This document shows positions 38,668 to 51,202 of a stretch of DNA of 64,000 bases, piece by piece. Source of the stretch: Cenococcum geophilum (lineage: Eukaryota). The stretch is from NCBI GenBank assembly GCA_050273025.1, contig CP158635.1:10850001-10914000 (forward strand), given 5' to 3'. Below the pieces are notes generated by a model. That model had not been told where the DNA came from, searched no databases, and saw only the letters and a program-made list of their open reading frames with translations. Made by a program: the position numbers and the translations under genes. How positions within the stretch are numbered: position 1 is the stretch's first letter; every line of letters starts with the position of its first letter.

Positions 38668-40922
38668 CTATCTCCCTTCTCTCTATCTTTGTCCTTAAAG
38701 ATTCCTAATATCTCTAAGTTGTTTACTAGAGGTGTAATATCTGTTTAATTAATTTAGTTAATATTATTACTTATTATACCTAAAGCAATTTCTTCCTCTT
38801 TAACTGTTCGTTGTATTTGTACCGTTACTATAATACTATCTCTTAGTAAGATTATACTATCTCTATATTCTTATTATTTAAAAAAGGGGTTAGTTTATGT
38901 TGTATTAGTAAACCCATCTTTACAATAACCGTCCTCTTACTTAGAATGCACTAAAGCGAATATTTATTTGTCCTATAACGTTCGCTTTATCTCTAATACT
39001 AAGTATATATAACCTATTACTCTTAATAGTTATCTAGTTCCCTAATTAATTTATCTTAAAGTCTTATATTTAATTTACTACTACGTGGTTAAATAATAAA
39101 CTATCTATTGCTCTAGCAAAGTTATGCCGTTCTTATAACGCAGAATAGGAGGCTATTAATACTTAGTAACAGGCCCTTAAGTCTTATCTTACAGCGCCCG
39201 CTTAGTTAATCCGTCTTAAAAAGGTTTGTAAGAAGGTCCGTTTTAAGGAGTAAAAACTTATAAAATAGGGTCTATAGGAACTTAGTAATAAAAAAACGGA
39301 TTCTCTTTTAGCCGAGAAGGAAATAGATCTAAGTAGCTCGGCAACTACTCTTCTTAGGTCCCCCTTAGGTAACTTATTCTTTAGCGATCCTTTTTTATTA
39401 ATACTACCTAACCTAATCTCTTTTAATACTCCTATACCTTTCCTATAACGTTCTTTAGATTCTCTAGTAGTTTTTAGGTAGTTTTATTATAGCCTATTTA
39501 CTTTACCTTATACCATACTCTATTATTAACGTCCTTATAACTAATAATCTTTAAAACTTACTATTTATCTTCTTCCTATCCTTTATATATGTCTACTTCG
39601 TAAACTAATAGCTTAATATTCCTGTATACTAGCTCTAGCATTATAATATACTATATAGGGCAAATCTTTATTTTAGCTAGTAGGTTTAACTTAAACATAA
39701 TTGGTAAAATCCTTTACTTAATTTTAAAAGGTTCTAGTCTAATATAGTTTAACTTCTTACTTAGTCGTCGACTCTTAAAATTTTTATATAGTAGCTATAC
39801 TTTATCTCCCTCCTTAAGATCTAGTCCCTTAGATCTCTTAGTATTATAGTACTTTTTTATTCCTTTTTATACTTTCTTTACTAATTCTATAAGGTCTATA
39901 TAAAGATTAATTAGTGTCTTTATTCTTTCTTTAGCTATACTACTCGTTTTCTTTACTTATTATAGTAACAATAATATTCTTAGCTTATATCTATAATTTG
40001 CCTTAAATAGTAATATATCTATTCCTTTTTATAGTGTTATATTATATGCAAACTATATAACTAGTAATAGCAATACCTAATTATTCTATACGTAATTAAT
40101 ATAATATTTTAGATACTACTCTAGTATCTAATTTAATCTTTCCGTTTAACCGTCTGTTTGCGGGTAATATATAGTAAAAGTTACTACTCTAACTCCTTAC
40201 TTCGCTAAGAATACCTCCTAGAATACTACTATAAATCTTAAATCTTTATCTAATATAATTTTACTTAGTACTCTATATCTTATAAACACTTCTTTAATAT
40301 AGATTCTAGTGACATCTTCTACTAATATTTCTTCTGTGTATACTATAAAGTATCCCTACTTTATAAGCTTATCTACTATTACTAAGATCGCGTTATAATC
40401 TTATCCGGTAATAGGATCTTTTAATTTTAGTAACTTAATAATAAAGTCTCATAATATAACCTCCTATAGTCTCTTTAGTATTTTAATAGGTTATAGCCCT
40501 CTATACGGCTTATACCTTATTAGTTTATTTCTCTAGTAATCTAAATATTCCTTTATAACTTTTCGCGCTAAGCCCTAAATTCTATTAATAATATACTCCT
40601 CCTAGAGTCTTAACACTAAGCCCTTAGCCCCATTATATCCTTAAGTTAATCCCTTATAGAAATCTTCTATAAAGTACTCTGCTATCCTTCTTAGGATATA
40701 CCATCAGGAAATTTTTTTTTGGGGTCGTTGTTGCGGTTTGCGGCAAATTGCCGCAAACTGTACGATCGCGGCAGACGTATATGGTCGATAGCAATTTGCG
40801 CAAAACGCACGTTTTGTAACAAGTTTGCAGCACCCTAATAGTAAATTGCGCATTTTGTAACAAGTTTGCAGCATCTAATAGCAAATTACGGCAAAACGCT
40901 ACCTTATAAATAAATAGTGCGC

Positions 40923-41012
40923 AAACTGTACGAATTGTAAAAACTGTACAAATTGTAAAAACTGTACAAATTGTAAAAACTGTACAAATTGTAAAAACTG
41001 TACAAATTGTAA
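40923..41012. repeat. 18-bp tandem repeat x5
   Basis: aaactgtacaaattgtaa units. Confidence 0.9.
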
Positions 41013-41184
41013 CTATATGTAACTATATAAATTATAATTATATTACATAATAACCAAATTATCACATATTCCCATAGATTTCTATAATATACTTTTAAAT
41101 ATATTTATATTATAACTATATAAAATGTAGAGCTATCTACTTTGGGCGTCAAGGGGGAAGCCTCTCGCAGAGACTCTAAATCAT

Positions 41185-41191
41185 CTACCTA

Positions 41192-41230
<39 letters not shown>

Positions 41231-41385
41231 ACCTACATGCCTACCTGCCTGCCTGCCTACCTGCCTACCTGCCTACCTGCCTGCCTACCTGCCTGCTTGC
41301 CTACCTACCTGTCTGTCCGTCCGTCTATACCTACCCGTCTATGCCTACCTATCTGTGCCTACCTGTCTGTGCCTAACTGTCTATG
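41185..41385. repeat. (CCTG/CCTA)n microsatellite
   Basis: Seen directly; the RIPed counterpart is at ~32585-32795. Confidence 0.9.
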
Positions 41386-41446
41386 TCACCTTGATTCGAT
41401 CGATCGATCGAATCGTTTATCGTGTTCGCTGGCTGGTCGTTTGAAC

Positions 41447-41912
41447 GGTTGTCGTGTGGCTCTGGCGACGGTCGTGTGGCGATGACGACGGTCATCTGGC
41501 TCCGGCGACGGTCGTCTAGCTCTGACGACGGTCGTCTGGCTCTGACGGTCGTCTAGCTCTGGCGACGGTCATCTGGCTCCGGCGACGGTCGTCCAGCTCT
41601 GGCGACGGTCATCTGGCTCCGGCGACGGTCGTCTAGCTCTGACGACGGTCGTCTGGCTCTGACGGTCGTCTAGCTCTGGCGACGGTCATCTGGCTCCGGC
41701 GACGGTCGTCCAGCTCTGACGATGGTCGTCTAGCTCTGACGACGGTTGTCCAGCTCTGACGACGGTCGTCTGGCTCTGACGACGGTCGTCCAGCTCTGGC
41801 GACGGTCGTCCAGCTCTGGCGACGGTCGTCCAGCTCTGGCGACGGTCATCTGGCTCCGGCGACGGTCGTCTAGCTCTGACGACGGTCGTCTAGCTCCGGC
41901 GACGGTCGTCTG
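41447..41912. repeat. 21-bp minisatellite (gctctggcgacggtcgtcta-type)
   Basis: More than 20 units; counterpart at ~32860-33250. Confidence 0.92.
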
Positions 41913-42084
41913 CTGGCTGTCGTTCTGGTGTCTTCCTAGGTAGGGAGGATGTAAGGAAGGGTAAAAAATGAGGTGGCTACCTAGGTGTATATAGGGGTAT
42001 ATTCCGTACTTGGCAGAGGCACGTGTAGAGGCTATCGGGAATATAGCGGGGACCCGATAGTAGTGTGTCGTGCGCACACACAAA

Positions 42085-42572
42085 GGCTTTGTGTAGAGCT
42101 TCGTGTAGAGCCTCCGTACGCAGAGCTTCGCGCAGAGCCTCGTGCAGAGCCTCTATATGTAGAGCTTCGTGTAGAGCTTCGTAGAGCTTTGTGCAGAGCT
42201 TCGTGTAGAGCTTTATATAGAGCTTTGTGCAGAGCTTCGTGTAGAGCTTCGTGCAGAGCTTCGTGTAGAGCTTCGTGCAGAGCTTCGTGTAGAGCTTCGT
42301 GCAGAGCTTCGTGTAGAGCTTCGTGTAGAGCTTCGTGCAGAGCTTCGTGTAGAGCCTCATGCAGAGCCTTAGTACGCAGAGCTTCGTGTAGAGCCCGTAG
42401 AGCCTCGTGCAAAGCTTCGTGTAGAGCTTCGTGTAGAGCTTCGTGCAGAGCTTCGTGCAGAGCTTCGTGCAGAGCTTCGTGCAGAGCTTCGTGCAGAGCT
42501 TCGTGCAGAGCTTCGTGCAGAGCTTTATGTAAAGCCTCGTGCGGAGCTTTATGTAGAGCCTCGTGCAGAGCC
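42085..42572. repeat. 12-bp minisatellite (gYagagcttcgt)
   Basis: Long array; counterpart atagagctttat at ~33390-33880. Confidence 0.92.
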
Positions 42573-42929
42573 TCTAGCCATCAGAAAAAAAAAATTTGGG
42601 CACGTTGCAAGCGAAAATCGGGGTCTGCGTAAGTCGCAATTTTGGCAATTTGCTACAAACACATAGATAGGCCAGCATAGGTAGCCTATGTGTTTGTAGC
42701 ACATTGCTGCAAATTGCCCGCAAATTGCCAAAATTGCGACTTACGCAGGTTTTGCAGACCCCGATTTTCGCTTGCAACAACGGGGCCAAAAAAAAATTTC
42801 CTGATGACTTTACTTCTTAATTTTTATATATATCCGTCTATAGATCTTCTAGCTATACTTCTAGAATTCTTTATACTTAAAAGCTTTCTAGTAACTTATA
42901 AACTCTTTTTAGTTCTTCTTAAGTTGTTA

Positions 42930-45900
42930 TATCACAGTGCTGCAATGAAGTAGACTAAATAACTACGTTGTGGTATAAAGAGGAGAAGGTAAAAAGGGGG
43001 TATTATATACAAATAGTAGGGCCAGCCGCCAAGGCACTAGTGGTGGGCCAGCTAACAGTAGGAAACAGTACGAGACAGTATGGAACAGTATGCGTTAGGT
43101 CAGTGCCGTAACAGTACTCCTCTCTCCTAGATGGTTTGGTCTCCAAACTAAATAGATAACTCTAAAATAGGCAGTATATAGGGTTACCTGTTTTTTACTA
43201 TAAAGATATCGGTTCCGCTTACCGCCCTTAACTAAGCTAATGGCAATTTTCTATGCCAGGCATAGAAAATCCTAATTGGTTAGTTTAGTTAGTAATATCG
43301 GCAGAACTCCACACCGCCACCTAAACCAATCCGTATGGCGCTTCTTAGCAAGAATCTGGCTAATTAGACAACTTTAACCGCCGGTTAAAGTTCTATAACA
43401 TCTTAACTACTACAAATTTTAATACGGTGGTCGGCTATAACCTTAGCGTAACTTCTTCTTATCTTATACCCAGTCTAGGGGTCTTAGCTTTTTAGGGTGT
43501 TGCTTATAGAAGCGCTATATAGCTTATTCGCAACCCTTTAGGTCTTCTTCTAGCTGCTAGGTGGTGTCCTTATAATATTTCCATTTAATCTTATAAGTTA
43601 GGCCTTAGGGGTCTTCGTTATGTATATTAAGGATTTTCTTAAACTCCCATTTATCTTCTATATTGCCGTTATTATCTCTCTCTACTACTCGTCCTTATAT
43701 ATTACGGCGCTCTACGGTATTAATATTTACTTAGCTAGGGATCTCTTCGGCAGCCTAGAGGCGGACCTTAGATGTATAAAAGGATTTATTTACTTAGATA
43801 TAGTCCGGGAGGTCTACTATAACTACCCTTTAGTATACTGCGAGTATAGGGTACGGGCCGTCCCATTTATCGTCCTATTTCTTCTTAGGTCTGTTTATCT
43901 TTATATTTTCTAAGCTAACTATAACTATATCGCCTTCGTAGAATAACGCGCTCTCATCCCTATAGGTATTAGCGTTATCTTTATAGCGTTACTATAAAAT
44001 CCAGGCTAGGGCCTTAAGCTATATTAATATCCGCTTAAAGCGGTTAGCCATAGAGTCTACGCGGAAGAACTCCTTTTTTACTTATACTAATAGTGTTAGT
44101 AGGCAGGGGCCAGCAGGCTTAATTCCAAGGTAAGGGTTAAAGCTATAGTTTATAAAGAACGGGGAGATGCCTATACTCTTATTAACTTAGTTATTTATAG
44201 CAAACTTAGTAAGCGGTAGGTAGTTAACCTAGTTATCCTATATAAAGCTAATAAAAGTACAGAGGTACTTATTTATGGCGGCATTAATAATTTTAGTTTG
44301 GCCGTCCGTTTTTAAGTGCTAGGCTAAGCTTAGTCGTAAGGTTATCTTAAGGCGTTCACTTAGTTATCGCCAAAAGTTGCTAATAAATTATATACTATAA
44401 TCGGAGATAATCGTGCTTAGTACACCGTGGAGCTTATACACGTTATTAACAAAGCTATTAACTAGCTCCTTTATTAAGAGTCCTGTTACTAAAATAAGGT
44501 ATTATATTTTAGTTAGGCGGTCTATAATAATAAGAATATATTTATATGCCTTACCGTAGCGTTAGTATACTGGCAGTGTTATAATATAATTAATCGAAAT
44601 ATTTATCTATAGGTAAGCGGGTAGTTCTAATAGCTTTAGGAAACCGGGCGGGGCAGAACAGAGGGTCTTAGTGCGAAAGTATAGAGTATAGTTTTTAACG
44701 AAGGTAGCTATAAACTGGGAGATTCCTGGCCACCAGTATGTTTAATTTAGGAGGTTAAGGGTCTTAACCCGGCTAGGGTAACTAGCAGGGCCGCTACTAT
44801 AAAATCGGTAGATAACTTTTAGGCGGAGGTCTAGGGCGTTAGGGATAAAGAGGCGTTAGCGGAAGTAGATCTGTCCGTTAATAATACTACATTCTAACTT
44901 ATCGCAATAAAGTAATTTCCTAATCTTCTTTAGCTAACGGCGAGCTTTCTAATCTTATAGGGCCGCCACTATATCTTTTATAAGTTTGTTCTCCTGGTAT
45001 CCTAACCAAATTAGCTTATCCAGTGACTTTTCGGCTATTTTAGGGTCTAGAGCGGCTATAAACTCCGCGTTATCGAAGTTGTGGGACTTATATAGTAATT
45101 CTTCTAAGATTATAGGGTTAACTTTCTGGGGCGGTATAACAACTTGGGCTCGGTGGCGGAGGCGTTCGTTATTAGTGTCCTTAGGTCTCGTTCCTAGCAG
45201 CCGGCTTAGGGCGTTAAAGAGCGTGGCTTTGCTACTAGGTCTATATATAATTACAAAGTTAAACTATAAAAGGAACTCTGCCCACCGGACTTAGCACTAA
45301 TTTAGCTGCTTAGTAGTCATAAACGTCTATAGGTTCTTATGGTCGGTAATAATTTCAAACGGCTCCTTAGTCCCTTATAGCTTAGGGCGCTATTCCTCTA
45401 AAGCCTTAATAATAGCTAAGAGTTCTTTATTATAGATCTTGTAGTTACACTTTAGTATAGAGTGCTTTACAAAGAAGAATGCGACCGGTCTTAATTTGCC
45501 ATTATCGCTATACTAAAAAAGGACTCCACCAGAGGCCCAATTTAATGCGTCTGTCTCTACTACTATTTTCTTTATATAGTTGTAGTATGCTAGTACTAGT
45601 ACTAAAGTAAAGGCTCTCTTAAGGGCCTTAAACGATTTAGCTTGTTCTAGTCCCCATAGCCATCCAATATCCTTCTTTAGGAGTTTTATTATTAGTGTAG
45701 CGACGGCAGAGTAGCCTTGGATAAATCGTTAATAGAAGTTTATAAAGCCAAAAAATTATTATAGTTCTTTAATTAACGTTAGGTCCTTCTATTCCTGTAA
45801 GGCCTATACCTTCTTAGGGTCCATAGTCATGCTATTAGTTAAGATAATTAAGCTAAGGTATTTTATTTTAGTAGAGTAGAACTTAGACTTATTAATATTA

Positions 45901-48900
45901 ATCTAAAGTCCAGCATTACCGAGTCTTTAGATGACTTTATTTACATACTTAGTATACTCGGCGCGTGTTTTAGAAAAGACAAGGACGTTATTAAGGTAGG
46001 TAGTGCAGTAGTTATTAAGGGCGTTGTGTAAAATATAGTTAATATAGTTCTGGAATATAGCGGGTGCGTTATAGAGGCTAAATAGTATAACTAGCATCTT
46101 ATAGAGTCCGAACCGGGTAATAAATGCTATAAGCTACTTATGGCCCTCCGTAATCCGGATCCGGTTAAACGCAGCAATTATATTAAGTTTTATAAAATAC
46201 TTAGCACTATAGAGTACGTTAAGTGTCTTGCAGATTAGTGGCAATAGGTACCAATTCTTAATAGTAACTGTGTTTAGGCCTTAGTAGTCGTAGTAGATTC
46301 GCATACCGCCGCTAGGCTTAGCAGCGAGGAGGAGTGATGCGGTAGCTGGTAAGGTCGATTCGCAGATAAAACCCTTATCTAGCATCTCATTAATCCACTT
46401 CTTTATACACCTAAGTTCAGCAGGTAAAAGTAGTCTATTTTTATAGTACGGGGCCTAGTTTCCGGGGATAATCTCAATTTTATAGTCCTATGGTTAGTAA
46501 GGGGGCAGCTTATCTACATTCTTAGGGAGGAAGTGCTTAATATATTCACAAAACTCCTTTAGTAGGCATTATAAAATGTCCTCGTAGGTTAATCCTAGTT
46601 TGCCTTTTAGGAATTTCTTAATATTAGTGTTAATTATCTTCTGGCGTAGAAGCTTAGGCTTAGTTTTTAAATTTATCTTAAGAAAGTTATAAAAATAGGG
46701 GGGCAGCGCCTTACGGGCTTCCTCTATTATATAGTTACCTTCTACTAGCCGGCGGAAGGATTCTTCTAATAGGTTCGGTACCTCTATTAAGCCTATAGGC
46801 AGTTCCTTAAGCAGCTATTAGTGCTCTTCTTATTTTATTAGTTCTACTAGCTCCGTTATATAGATCCTTATTACCTTTACGCTTTTTTATTTACAAAACT
46901 AGGCGAAGTTTATAGCGCGTACGTTTATAATATCGTCCAGATTAGGGCGTATTTGGTCTTCTCCCAATATCGCGGCGGGGCTAGCTCGTCTTGGTTAGCT
47001 CTTAAAAGCGGTTCCTAAGCGGCGGCCTTATATAAGGCGTGCGAGGAGTGGGTATAAGGTTAGGCGTTACGGTGGCTCGGTTTCTATTATCCGGGTCTTA
47101 GTAGTTCTATAGCCAGTCCTTACTATAACGCGAGCTATAGTGTGTGCGTATGGTATATGGCTTAGTTCTAGGTGTTAGGCTGGGCGGCTGGGGTTTAAAG
47201 GGTGTCTGGGTTGGCGTTGGACTCTTAGTGGTAGCAGCGTAAAGCGGACCTTCTTTCTTAGTCTCGGCGAGGCTAGCTAGCCCGTTATTTTGGTCTTAAG
47301 TGCTAAGGTAGTCCGGTCTTCTGCTGTCTCGTTACTTTATAGCTACATAAGCTCCCCTTTATTAGGAATGTCTTCTACTATTAGGGCTTTATATATAGTT
47401 TTAGGCACTAGGCTTAGTAGTGCCGAGTATCTACGCGGGGCGTCCCTGCTACTGTCGGTTATCCCCTATAAAAGGTAGTACTTAGAGCAGTAGTCTAAGT
47501 TAAAGCGGATCTTAAGCTTCCTAAAGCTAGGGCAGGGCTTATACTTTTAAAGCTAAGGCATACCTAGAATAATTAGGGTAGTAGGTGAGAGTTTAGTAAT
47601 AAAAAAGAGTATAGCTTTAGTATAGAGGCCAATTAACATTTAGGCGGTGAAGTAGTCTATAACAAGCGAAGTTGGGATGCTATCTGCAAGGCGCAGTAGC
47701 CTAGGTGCTAGCAGCTTCTTAGTTATAACGTTATACTTTCTTATAATAGACTCTGCGTCGGTAAATGCCATTACAGTACTACCGGAGTCTACTAGGCTTA
47801 CTGTATTAATATAGACTTAGGGGTATAGGTTACATAGTAAGGAGAGTTGGGTTTAAACAAGGATTAATTTCTTATTACTATTTGCTAATCTAAGATTAAG
47901 TAGCAGTTTACTAATAGAAAGGACTAATTAATCTAGTAACAGGGACCTAATCTTCTCGTCTTCCTCCTTATATAGTTTAGACCCTTAGACGCGACTTAGT
48001 CTAAAGGTTTACCTTTTAATAACTAGGGTACGGGGCTGTCTTAGCGGGGCGGTCCAGTGTCCGTCTGGCTGGCGGTGTTAGTATTAGTATTAGTTGGGGT
48101 ATAGAAAGATAATACCTCGCTAATAACATAGCCGTGTTCATATTCGTTAGCGCGGAGTTACTAATACTAGGCGGTATTAACGGGCTAAGCTCCTATATAG
48201 GGCATTATTTAGAGTAACTAAGCCATAGGGTTAAAGGGGGGGGGGTTGTCCGCCGCGGCTATAATAGGCTCCGCGGTCGCCGCGTCTATAATAGACTCTA
48301 TAGTTGCCGCGTCCGCGGTTATTAGTTCGCGTTATTTAATGGGGTGGCATTAGGACTAGGTTTACTATCTTAGCGGGGTTATAGGCGTCCTTCTAGTAGC
48401 TGGGTAGGCCATAGGTAAGGCACAGTCTATTATTAAAGCGGCGCTTATACTCTATATCTGAGATTCTATTAAGGTCTATAGGTTCTTTAGTTACTACTAG
48501 GGTCGGAGTTAATATAGGGGTAGGGGCTTAAGTAGGTAGGCGGTAGTTAGCGTTCTTCTTAAGGTTAGCTTAGTGTGTATAGTTTACGAGGTTCTTAGCA
48601 AATATATCTATTTACTTACTCTAACCTATATAGTCGTTATTGTTAATTTTATAGGCAAGTCTAAGTACTAGCTCTTCCATCTTTAGAGAGATAAACTTCC
48701 GGAGTAGGTCTACCTTTTATTTGTTTGTCTTCTTAGCGCGGCCTATTAGCTTATTAAGCTCTCCCTTTTAGGACTAGTAATTACGCTCGCCCTAGGGGAA
48801 ATGGTTAAGCTTGTTCTTTGCAACCTAGGTTATATTAAGAACCTTATAGTAGGCAGTAAGGTCTTTAAGTATATTTTCCTTAGCGGGCCATTTCCACGCA

Positions 48901-49842
48901 GATATATTATTTAGGTTCTCGTGTATAAGCTCTAGGCCCTACTTAATAAACTCATAGGCCTTATCCTCTAGTATATCCGAGATGTAAAGGATTTAGGACT
49001 AAACTATATTAAAGTAGTCCTAGTCACGGTTAAAGACTCCCTTAATCTTAATATGCCAGGTCTTAAAATTAGCTTATTGTTTTAGCGGGGTACCTTTTCC
49101 GCTAAATATTAGTGGGTCTTTAGACCTCCGTTTTTTCTACTAGGTTACTACCGTTATTATAGAGGTTAATTGTTTTAAAACGGCGATAGTCTCTACCTAG
49201 GAGTTAATAGTTCCTATCTAGGAAGCAATAAGGGCACTAAGGTTTTCGTTAGCTTTCTTATTAGCGGTGTTTGTATTATATATACACTATAGTCTTACTT
49301 TAATGTTGTTAAGGAACTCGTTGGTATAGTTAGTAAGGGTAAGGTAAGCTTTACTAGGCTTAAAGGTCTTAGGGTATAGTGGGGAGCGGCGGATTATCTA
49401 CGCGATATTAGGGTATATCTATATAAAGAGGTCTACGAAAACGTTGCGGGGGTTCTAAGTTTCGGCCATTTTAGTGTCGTTAGTATCGCCCATCTAGGTG
49501 CTAGGTAAAAACTAAGGATTATTCTAGAACTGTGCTAGGGACGTATTGGTTTTAGCAGAGGCGCGCGTAGGTCGCGATTACTCTAGGGCGGAGGTTAATT
49601 AGCTAAGGTATAGGGAATTGGTGATCGCGACGGGGCGCAAATTAAAGATACCACAAACTGTCACAGTGCTGTAATAAAGTAGACTAAATAACTACGTTGT
49701 GGTATAAAGAGGAGAAGGTAAAAAGGGGGTATTATATATAAATAGTAGGGCCAGCCGCCAAGGCACTAGTGGTGGGCCAGCTAATAGTAGGAAATAGTAC
49801 GAGACAGTATGGAACAGTATGCGTTAGGTCAGTGCCGTAACA
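42930..49842 (-). mobile_element. Full-length Ty3/Gypsy chromovirus, RIP-inactivated
   Basis: 184-bp LTRs (42930-43113, 49659-49842); 5-bp TSD tgtta; PPT at 43114-43128; TGGTATC (possible tRNA-iMet PBS) near the 5' LTR; protease LVDSG ~47790; RT YLNN = YLDD ~45990; RH, IN and chromodomain (~43450-43620). Confidence 0.95.
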
Positions 49843-50946
49843 TGTTATAATTTTTAGATAATTATACCTAATTAATCTATCTGTGTCTTTTCGCAGTAAA
49901 GCCCCTAATGGCTTTTTATTATTTTATAGTTTAGCCTTTTAACTTAGAGCGTCTACTTATATATTATCTGTACCCTTAGTATACTAAATCTTAAAATAGT
50001 ATTCTATAAGCATTTCTGCCTATCTAACCTATTTTTAGTTAAGTTTCTTTATTATTAGGAATTCTATTAAATTCTTACAATCCGTCTTAACTATAAATAG
50101 TTTCTCTATACCTTATAAGAATGCTCTCTATTTCTTTAGTACTATAACTATACCTAATAACTCCTTATTATAGATGTTATAGTTTAACTCTAATAGTATT
50201 ATCTTCTAACTATAGTATACCACTAAGTGCTATCTATTTTAATATTTTTATATAAAGTACGCCCCTAGTATATAGTCTAATGCATTTATCTTTATAACCG
50301 TCTCTAGTCCTAGTTAATAGATTTTAAGAACTGGCTCCTAGGTAAATAACTCTTTAACTTTCTTAAATAACTCTTTTTGCTCTTCCCCTTATACCTATAA
50401 TTCTTTTTTCTTTATTAACCACGTAAATAGTTTAATTTCCTTTAACTATTACGCTGTAAACCTTTTACAGTAATTGCAAAACCCTAGAAATAATCTTAAC
50501 TATATAACGTTCTCTAGTTCTTACTAATTTACTATAGCCTTAATCTTCTTTAGATCTATACTAAGTTAGCCTAGTTTAATAATAAATCTAATAAAATTGG
50601 TTTTCCTAGTAAAGAACTTGTATTTCTTAATTACTACTAGCATTTATTCTTCCTGTAGTCTCTTTAAGACCTATTTAATATATTCTCTGTACTCTTCCTT
50701 AATTATTAAGTAGATAATAATATTGTTAAGGTATACTATAATAAATTTATCTAAGTGTTCTCCTAATACGTTAATAATACGCTTCTGGAATATTACTAGT
50801 GCGTTTATAAGCCTAAATTGTATAACTAATGGTTTATATAGTCCTTCCTTTAACCTAAAGACTGCCTTTTATTTGTTACCTTCCTTAATCCTAATCTAAT
50901 AGTACGCCTATCTTAGATCTATCTTTATAAAGATTTGCACGTTGCC

Positions 50947-51202
50947 TATAAGGCAGTATTGCTAGGGTGTACGGTAGGGAGCAGGCAAGCCGAGCATAAG
51001 TTACATAGGGAGTCGATGGAAGAGGACGATATGGTAAAGAGTAGGCAATAGCCTCGTACGGAGACGAACCGATGGGGGAGGAAGGAGGCTGTAAGCCTGA
51101 GGAGCTTATAAGGGGTGGCCAAGGCCTAGCTGAAGGCTAGCCTTGGCAGCCCCTGAGAGCTCCCGGGATGTAGCCGAGTAAGGGACCAAAAGTACCCTTA
51201 CA
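50947..51202. mobile_element. Solo LTR (256 bp) of a further family, inserted in the host RT
   Basis: Ends tataagg (RIP of tgtaagg)...ccttaca; 5-bp TSD ttgcc (50942-50946 / 51203-51207). Confidence 0.9.

Larger units (their letters stand above)
40702..42806 (+). mobile_element. Non-autonomous 2.1-kb TIR element filled with minisatellites (copy 2, lightly RIPed)
   Basis: TIR catcaggaaattttttttt...aaaaaaaaatttcctgatg; 2-bp TSD ac/ac (40700-40701 / 42807-42808); empty site ggatatactttact is seen in the sister element at 56351. Confidence 0.93.

Noticed and set aside
41447..41912. CRISPR-like appearance of regular repeats
   Set aside because: Units are head-to-tail with no unique spacers, there are no cas genes, and the context is eukaryotic.
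41142..42953. Cluster of ORFs (LPAC, RASC, LHEA, ELDDRR repeats)
   Set aside because: Translations of micro- and minisatellites and a palindrome inside a non-coding TIR element; open in several frames at once.
43620..47478. Plus-strand ORFs of 97, 102 and 62 aa
   Set aside because: Antisense shadows of the RIPed minus-strand pol.
51097..51170. Possible hammerhead ribozyme (CTGAGGAG followed by a stem)
   Set aside because: No GAAA core after the stem and no stems I/III identified.
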